Position numbers and translations under genes: made by a program. Under the pieces are notes generated by a model that saw only the letters and a list, made by a program, of their open reading frames with translations, had not been told where the DNA came from and did no database searches. A DNA stretch of 64,000 bases from Candidatus Bathyarchaeia archaeon (GTDB taxonomy: Archaea > Thermoproteota > Bathyarchaeia > 40CM-2-53-6): NCBI GenBank assembly GCA_049517415.1, contig JBEKSC010000004.1:32001-96000 (forward strand), written 5' to 3'. Below are positions 59,099-64,000 of the stretch, piece by piece. Each line of letters starts with the position of its first letter. Within the stretch, counting starts at the first letter, position 1.

Positions 59099-59359
59099 TT
59101 ACCTTTCATAAGCATCCTTCCGATGCTCAAATCTCAATAAGATCAGCTTGTCACCCTCGACTTTGTAAATGAGTCTGAAAGGCTTCACGTAAATGCACCA
59201 TTCGCCCTTCAGGCCATAACGCAGGTGCTTTCCGAAGTTTGGATTATCGGCAACTTTGTCTATTTGCTTTTGCAGTTTTTCCTTCAGGCTCTTGTCCCTT
59301 ATCCTTCTTACATCACGCTCGAATTTGTCGGTGGGTACGATGAACTTTATTTCTACCAT
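59099..59359 (-). CDS. relE: RelE/ParE-family toxin
   Basis: KFERD, NPNFGKHL...LKG, FRLIY, HRKDAY. Confidence 0.85.
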   Translation of the reverse strand: MVEIKFIVPTDKFERDVRRIRDKSLKEKLQKQIDKVADNPNFGKHLRYGLKGEWCIYVKPFRLIYKVEGDKLILLRFEHRKDAYER

Positions 59360-59631
59360 TTCTTGAACTCTTTGAAGAAGGCTTTCCTCGAATAGATCTC
59401 ATACCTTCCTTCTTCTATATCCTGCCATGCTTCCTCAATCAGCTTAAGTGTCCTCAAATCTTCGGGCTTCATTCCGGTCTCCAACTTCTTCAACACGATC
59501 ATATCCTTCCTCGCCGTCACGGCGAACACGCTCCCCCTCTTGATCCCAAGCTGTCTCCTAATGATGCTGGGTATCACTATCTGGCCTTTCGAACTTGCTT
59601 TTGTCAACTCAGGGATTCTTGATTCTTTCAT
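59353..59631 (-). CDS. AbrB/MazE-domain antitoxin
   Basis: SSKGQIVIP..IRRQLGIKRG. Confidence 0.85.
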   Translation of the reverse strand: MKESRIPELTKASSKGQIVIPSIIRRQLGIKRGSVFAVTARKDMIVLKKLETGMKPEDLRTLKLIEEAWQDIEEGRYEIYSRKAFFKEFKKW

Positions 59632-59699
59632 ACGAGTAAGATATGCTTACATCTATTTAAAGCGAGGATGAACGAACTGCCTGCGACGCTTTTCTAGAC

Positions 59700-60029
59700 T
59701 CAAGTCTTTTCGCTCCTTCTCGTTTTTCGATTGTGAATCTCAGTGAGTACACTCAGGTCGCCCTGAAGGGCTTTCTCCACCTGCGCCGCACGCAGAAGGA
59801 AGAGTGAATTGTTGCTGACGGTTTGGAACACTATGCGTCCCCCAGCCTCCTGAATCTGACTCCGGATCTTCTGCACGTCGCCAAGTCTGCAGCTCATGAC
59901 GACGCCAAAGGTGATGGGGAATTGTAGGTCGGGGCTATCGCTAGGCTGTGTTGCGTCCGGAAAAAGAGTAGGGGAGTTATGTTCTTGCTTGCTTAATTCT
60001 TTGTAACTGCGGTTCTCCATTTTCTCCAT
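59700..60029 (-). CDS. Hypothetical protein between tail tube and chaperone
   Basis: 109 aa, purine-rich upstream; 3' end overlaps a relic chaperone start. Confidence 0.6.
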   Translation of the reverse strand: MEKMENRSYKELSKQEHNSPTLFPDATQPSDSPDLQFPITFGVVMSCRLGDVQKIRSQIQEAGGRIVFQTVSNNSLFLLRAAQVEKALQGDLSVLTEIHNRKTRRSEKT

Positions 60030-60059
60030 CTCTCCAATCTTAAACGGCCTAAGAAAGGC

Positions 60060-60521
60060 CTACGGACCCGGCGAGCCGGTGGTGTTGGTGATTGAGGCGA
60101 ACATGAAAGTCCATGTTTCCTCAAGGAACCCGTCAGTAGTCTTGAGATCCTCTTGGTAGTCACCTATACAGCCACAAAGCACGATCCCGGTCCCGGTTAG
60201 CTTGTTCTTGACCGCCAAGAAGAGCGGTGTCAAAGCACCGATTGTGAAGGCGCCCACATTTGTTGCGAAAGATCCTGTGGCACCGGATACTTCGGCGAGT
60301 TCATCAACCCAGCGTACTATCGTGCCAGTGTACTTGACGAGTGTTCCGTAGACTTCGGTCCCTCGAGAGCCGATTCCCACGGCCACCTGTGTGGTGTTCT
60401 GATTGACTTTGTAGGTGAGACTCTCAAGGTTGGTTAGTGGAGGCGCAGTTAGGCAGTTCGTTGCTGAGGTCCCTATTCTTATGACCACCTCATCGCCAGT
60501 GTATTTCAAAGCTTGTTTCAC
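60060..60521 (-). CDS. Probable tail tube (major tail) protein
   Basis: Beta-rich 153 aa, YTG.EV, YTGTI.R, ETWTF; position after the gp10-like gene. Confidence 0.6.
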   Translation of the reverse strand: MKQALKYTGDEVVIRIGTSATNCLTAPPLTNLESLTYKVNQNTTQVAVGIGSRGTEVYGTLVKYTGTIVRWVDELAEVSGATGSFATNVGAFTIGALTPLFLAVKNKLTGTGIVLCGCIGDYQEDLKTTDGFLEETWTFMFASITNTTGSPGP

Positions 60522-60556
60522 GCTCCGTCAGGTCTCAATGAGACTGTGACCAGAAA

Positions 60557-60908
60557 CTACTGGAACGCCCAGAGAATCCCGTCCCGAACAAGGGACAATA
60601 ACTTCGCCTGCCCCTCTTCTGCCGAAGGGCGAATGAACGGCTCCGCGGCCATTTTCCGCGTGCCACATTCCACGAAAAAAGGTGTAGTCGGCATCCGCTC
60701 CTAATTCCAGCTGCATCCCGTCCACCGTGTGGTAGATGCTGCTTTGCAGATGGCCCGTTCTTACCGGGACCAGCTGCCTCGAGTGAGCTTCCATATCGGT
60801 GCCGGCCTCCTCAAGGGCGGTAGCGATCGCTTTCTGAATCTCGGCTTTCGCGGCGAGAAGCTTAGCCGTAACCGTATCCGACACAATCTGGATGCTGAAG
60901 CCTGGCAA
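60557..60908 (-). pseudogene. HK97 gp10-like tail-completion protein with a +1 frameshift in a T6 run
   Basis: VPVRTGHLQSSI..DYTFF; +1 frame continues VECGTRKMAAEPFIRPS..AFQ*. Confidence 0.8.
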
Positions 60909-61130
60909 CTATTTTCCCCAACCGATGAGTTTGACGTCGTCGTGAAATCCGCAGAGCGTGCAGAGAACGCTTGGCCGTACGGTCCCATCTACTTCAATCG
61001 TATGCCTGGCCAAGGAGAGCAGGTCGGTTCCGTCGTTGATGTACACAATTCGCCTGCCGTCCTGGGCTTGATAGTAGTGCCAGGTGCGCGGTTGCCAGTC
61101 TGCGTTCAGCGCTTTCGGAAGTTCCAACAT
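60909..61130 (-). CDS. Small Cys/His protein
   Basis: HTI..DGTV.PSVLC..CGFH. Confidence 0.65.
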   Translation of the reverse strand: MLELPKALNADWQPRTWHYYQAQDGRRIVYINDGTDLLSLARHTIEVDGTVRPSVLCTLCGFHDDVKLIGWGK

Positions 61131-61136
61131 TCCTGA

Positions 61137-61583
61137 TCAGCTTGAGTAGAGTACAATGTTCGCGTGGAAATCGTCAGGCAACGGCAGCATGTTATGCGCC
61201 CACACTTCAACGGTGAACGAGCTCAGCGGTTCCGGGAAGGGCGTGTAGAAGTTCGCGTTCCCACTATCGCCAGTGTTGACCTGGGCGATCTCGGTCCCGT
61301 TGACGAAGATGTGAATCGAAACATGGAGCCAGAACCAAGTCGAAACTGTGACCTGCGCCGCCTTCACTGGCTGCCCAAGATGGACAATGATGAAGCGATA
61401 GTAGACGGTCTTGGCGGAAATCATCTCGTACACGTAGATCGGACTCTGCGTCGCCGTCACCTGTTCAGTGAAGACTGGTTGCGGTAACGCGCCGTAGAAT
61501 GATAGGAACACTAGGCTGATCAGTACCAGGAAACCGAATTGCTTCAGCGCCGATTTCGTGCGCTTGACAATGTCTTCTTTCAT
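61137..61583 (-). CDS. Membrane-anchored or secreted hypothetical protein
   Basis: N-terminal TM helix then beta-rich domain. Confidence 0.6.
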   Translation of the reverse strand: MKEDIVKRTKSALKQFGFLVLISLVFLSFYGALPQPVFTEQVTATQSPIYVYEMISAKTVYYRFIIVHLGQPVKAAQVTVSTWFWLHVSIHIFVNGTEIAQVNTGDSGNANFYTPFPEPLSSFTVEVWAHNMLPLPDDFHANIVLYSS

Positions 61584-61584
61584 G

Positions 61585-62052
61585 CTAAGTGGCCAGCTTA
61601 CGGTGGGTCCAGAAGGTCCAATCTTGAATCACCCTGGCTTCTCGCGTCAATACCGGGACCCGTACTGAGGCGCCGAGGGGTAACGTGTCTATGTCCATGA
61701 CTTTCTGTAGGCTGTGAATATCGTAAGTGTCCCGGAGAGCGTCGTGGGCGTTCCAGATAGCCTGCTCAACCTGGTCGGCCAGTTTGCTGCACCCTGCTTT
61801 GTCGTCGAAGTTCACGTCGACCTGCAGCCGGTAGAGGTTCATGACTGCACGGCCACCCGGGGCGCTTGCCGGTCCGCCGTACATGCTGACGCCAGTGGTT
61901 CTACTTGTGCCGGCAACTATGGTGAGGACGATGCTGCGTATGTCGGCGCCTTCGAATGGCAACTCCTTGTAGATCGTGACTCCCAGGTTCGCGGCTGTGA
62001 GAACCGCGGCGAAGGCTGCGCGGACATCCTGCCGAGGCGTAGGCGTACTCAA
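61585..62052 (-). CDS. Probable tail terminator/completion protein
   Basis: R..FAAVL....VTIY..., RLQVDV..D......LADQVEQAI pattern and position. Confidence 0.6.
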   Translation of the reverse strand: MSTPTPRQDVRAAFAAVLTAANLGVTIYKELPFEGADIRSIVLTIVAGTSRTTGVSMYGGPASAPGGRAVMNLYRLQVDVNFDDKAGCSKLADQVEQAIWNAHDALRDTYDIHSLQKVMDIDTLPLGASVRVPVLTREARVIQDWTFWTHRKLAT

Positions 62053-62058
62053 AGGAGG

Positions 62059-62169
62059 TCATCCGTGAAGCGCTACGGCGATGGCTAGGACGATGAGTAC
62101 GACCGCGGCGCAGATGCCCAGAGCGATGTAGCAACCTGAAAGAAAACCACGTACGGCAGCTCGCAGCAT
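62059..62169 (-). CDS. Small single-TM peptide
   Basis: MLRAAVRGFLSGCYIALGICAAVVLIVLAIAVALHG after an AGAAGAAGUGA RBS-like sequence. Confidence 0.45.
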   Translation of the reverse strand: MLRAAVRGFLSGCYIALGICAAVVLIVLAIAVALHG

Positions 62170-62174
62170 TGAAA

Positions 62175-62378
62175 TCACTTCTTCTTGAGCATGCAGAGGA
62201 CAGCTACGACGGCGAAAGCGAGGCCGCCAAGCGTCAGGCTGCCCGTGAGGTACCATACAACGACGGCCAGCACGATGGCGGGTAGGAAGTAGATTGCCGC
62301 CTTCAGTAGAATGATCAGGATCGTCCCAACCACGAGAAACACGCCTAAGAAGAATATGTCAACCAAGAATGGCATCAT
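62175..62378 (-). CDS. Small multi-TM membrane protein
   Basis: Highly hydrophobic, KKK tail, GAGGUGA RBS. Confidence 0.65.
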   Translation of the reverse strand: MMPFLVDIFFLGVFLVVGTILIILLKAAIYFLPAIVLAVVVWYLTGSLTLGGLAFAVVAVLCMLKKK

Positions 62379-62394
62379 AACATTCTCACCTCTC

Positions 62395-62778
62395 CTAATT
62401 CGCCAAGTACTCGGCGATCGGGAACACGACCTTCCGCAGCACCCAATCCTTTAAGGCCGCATGCGGCCGGTCCAGTTGGATGTACATTCGATATCGGCTA
62501 ACGGGAATGACCGAGGGTAGCTTGCCTTGGGCAACTCTCTTGAGTCGACAGAACATCAGGCACGTGAAGTGCGGGCGCCGATAGTGCAGGCCTGGGTGGC
62601 AGATGCAATTCCAACGCGTAACCACAATGTTCGGCGGCGTCATCTTCATGTACAGTTTGCCGTCGAGAACGTCACGCATGATCATGGCGTTTGGGCCAAA
62701 CGGCTCAAGCGGAACCAGGTTGTCTCCGGATCCCGTGCCACCGGATACGTGCCACTCATTGGTCGGGGGTTGACTCAT
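62395..62778 (-). CDS. Hypothetical protein
   Basis: 127-aa ORF co-oriented within the operon. Confidence 0.55.
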   Translation of the reverse strand: MSQPPTNEWHVSGGTGSGDNLVPLEPFGPNAMIMRDVLDGKLYMKMTPPNIVVTRWNCICHPGLHYRRPHFTCLMFCRLKRVAQGKLPSVIPVSRYRMYIQLDRPHAALKDWVLRKVVFPIAEYLAN

Positions 62779-63016
62779 TAATTTTCACGTTCACGTTCCA
62801 GAACACTTTCCAAGGTCTGCAGCCGTAGACATCACTATGTCGAACCACGGCAGCCACAACGTCGTCAGCTGAAATACGGCAATCTTGTCGGAAGCAGGAG
62901 TAGATAACACGAAGGCAAAGGGGGCAAAGCGCTGAGATTGGCGGAACGATACAACACTCTAGTATCACTGCGACTTTGGGAAAGTCTTCAACTGATGATA
63001 GTTTGCTCAATCCCAT
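62756..63016 (-). CDS. Cys-rich hypothetical protein
   Basis: CPLC; C-terminus NESTPDQ copies that of the upstream gene. Confidence 0.4.
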   Translation of the reverse strand: MGLSKLSSVEDFPKVAVILECCIVPPISALCPLCLRVIYSCFRQDCRISADDVVAAVVRHSDVYGCRPWKVFWNVNVKINESTPDQ

Positions 63017-63028
63017 GTGACTTCCCTC

Positions 63029-63508
63029 TCATTGGTCTGGAGTGGGTTCATTCCAGCCGTCGACTATGTTCGGCGTCTGGTACTTGCTGACAGCGGTGTA
63101 CGGATAGCGCTTGATCCAGGGCGTCAGCAAGTCCTGCAGATCCTTGGGTAGCACGGCCTGGAGGGGGATTGAGATTTGGAACATGGTCTCGTGAACGAGT
63201 GGTCCCATCTTGTTGGTGACCATGTACTGAATCATATTCGACGACGCCCGTGCGGCAATGTCCTGGATGGCAGGCGGGATTGCTCCTGGGAAGTCGACGT
63301 CGAAATCCCGCTTACAGAAACGATTGATGTGACTTTGAGCCCGAGGAATCAGCGTGTTGTCTATGAAAGTGTTGAACGCGGCCTCGTTAGGAAATGGGGC
63401 TTGAACGCCCCCTGCGCCCGTCGTGCCAGACACGTTGAGAGCACTCCACTTCGTAGCCGCGTAAATCTTGACTTCAGCGCTGGTGGTCCATGCTGACATA
63501 CTATGCAC
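63029..63508 (-). CDS. Head-tail adaptor (gp6/gp15-like)
   Basis: WTT.AEVK, AQSHINRFCKRDF, P.AIQDIA, L..W pattern. Confidence 0.7.
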   Translation of the reverse strand: MHSMSAWTTSAEVKIYAATKWSALNVSGTTGAGGVQAPFPNEAAFNTFIDNTLIPRAQSHINRFCKRDFDVDFPGAIPPAIQDIAARASSNMIQYMVTNKMGPLVHETMFQISIPLQAVLPKDLQDLLTPWIKRYPYTAVSKYQTPNIVDGWNEPTPDQ

Positions 63509-63511
63509 CTG

Positions 63512-63808
63512 CTACCTTCCGCTATCGCTAAGGTTCTTCTCGTTGAGTCGCCGCGTAACATCTCGGACGGCGAGCCGGCGCTTGGCTTCTCGGAGGTCTG
63601 CTTTGCCTGCGGAGCCCGCGGTGCGGAGGCGTGATCTAATCGGGGCCTTCTTGGCCACGACGACCAGGGCTTTGGTTACCGCGTGAATGGTCTTGATCAG
63701 TTTCGCTTTCTCGTTCACAGAATGCAGCAAAGTGAAGGTGGTGAGTAAGGTGTTGATGCTCGTGGCTACAAGGGCCACGGAAACGAGGACGGTGTCAGCA
63801 TCTACCAT
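63512..63808 (-). CDS. Hypothetical protein, N-terminal hydrophobic helix and basic C-terminus
   Basis: 98-aa ORF within the operon. Confidence 0.5.
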   Translation of the reverse strand: MVDADTVLVSVALVATSINTLLTTFTLLHSVNEKAKLIKTIHAVTKALVVVAKKAPIRSRLRTAGSAGKADLREAKRRLAVRDVTRRLNEKNLSDSGR

Positions 63809-64000
63809 CTACTATCTACCTTCCACTGATGATTAGTCCCGCTCGAGTGGGACGGCTGGGGACAGCCGAAGTCTCGTTCACTATGCGACCGCTGGCCGCA
63901 TGATTATTGTGACTGCTGATCCTTCAGGTTCCAATGTTCTACGGTCACGCTGAGGGGTACCGTGTCGGCGCTTGCCGCCCACTCGGGTGTCGGGGTATGG

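Larger units (their letters stand above)
47831..64000 (-). mobile_element. Provirus-like or domesticated siphovirus-type head-tail/tail gene cluster (continues beyond the window)
   Basis: Minus-strand order adaptor, terminator, gp10-like, tail tube, chaperone, tape measure, hub, fibre; no integrase or att visible. Confidence 0.8.

Noticed and set aside
63810..63910. Three short adjacent hairpins as a structured RNA
   Set aside because: Short GC-rich stems at the window edge; cannot be distinguished from chance or terminators

Overview
Archaeal chromosome segment, TACK-like and probably Bathyarchaeia-like (inferred from the single-OB SSB, archaeal TA families and gene style). 1-11 kb: housekeeping genes (UbiE-type methyltransferase, HD protein, class II RNR nrdJ, folE-queD-queC without queE, Mpg, GT2, rhomboid, SSB, HAD-IIA). 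11-47.7 kb: cell-surface/glycosylation island with two paralogous membrane-anchored beta-propeller proteins, giant Thr-rich proteins, a duplicated 3-gene GT-C cassette, an NMT1/SsuA-type ABC transporter, nucleotide-sugar genes and a toxin-antitoxin patch. 47.8-64 kb (minus strand): a siphovirus-like head-tail/tail operon (adaptor, tail terminator, HK97 gp10-like, tail tube, chaperone with a -1 slippery site, tape measure, hub, fibre/Dit-like) interrupted by TA cargo inserted at duplicated gene junctions. Key observation: two tail genes that look broken each carry a short (24 and 29 nt) stop-containing insert. Each insert folds into an archaeal bulge-helix-bulge-type motif, and removal at the canonical tRNA-splicing-endonuclease cut positions restores the reading frame and a family-like protein sequence. 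These are candidate BHB mRNA introns in viral-type structural genes. All calls come from reading the sequence; no searches were run.
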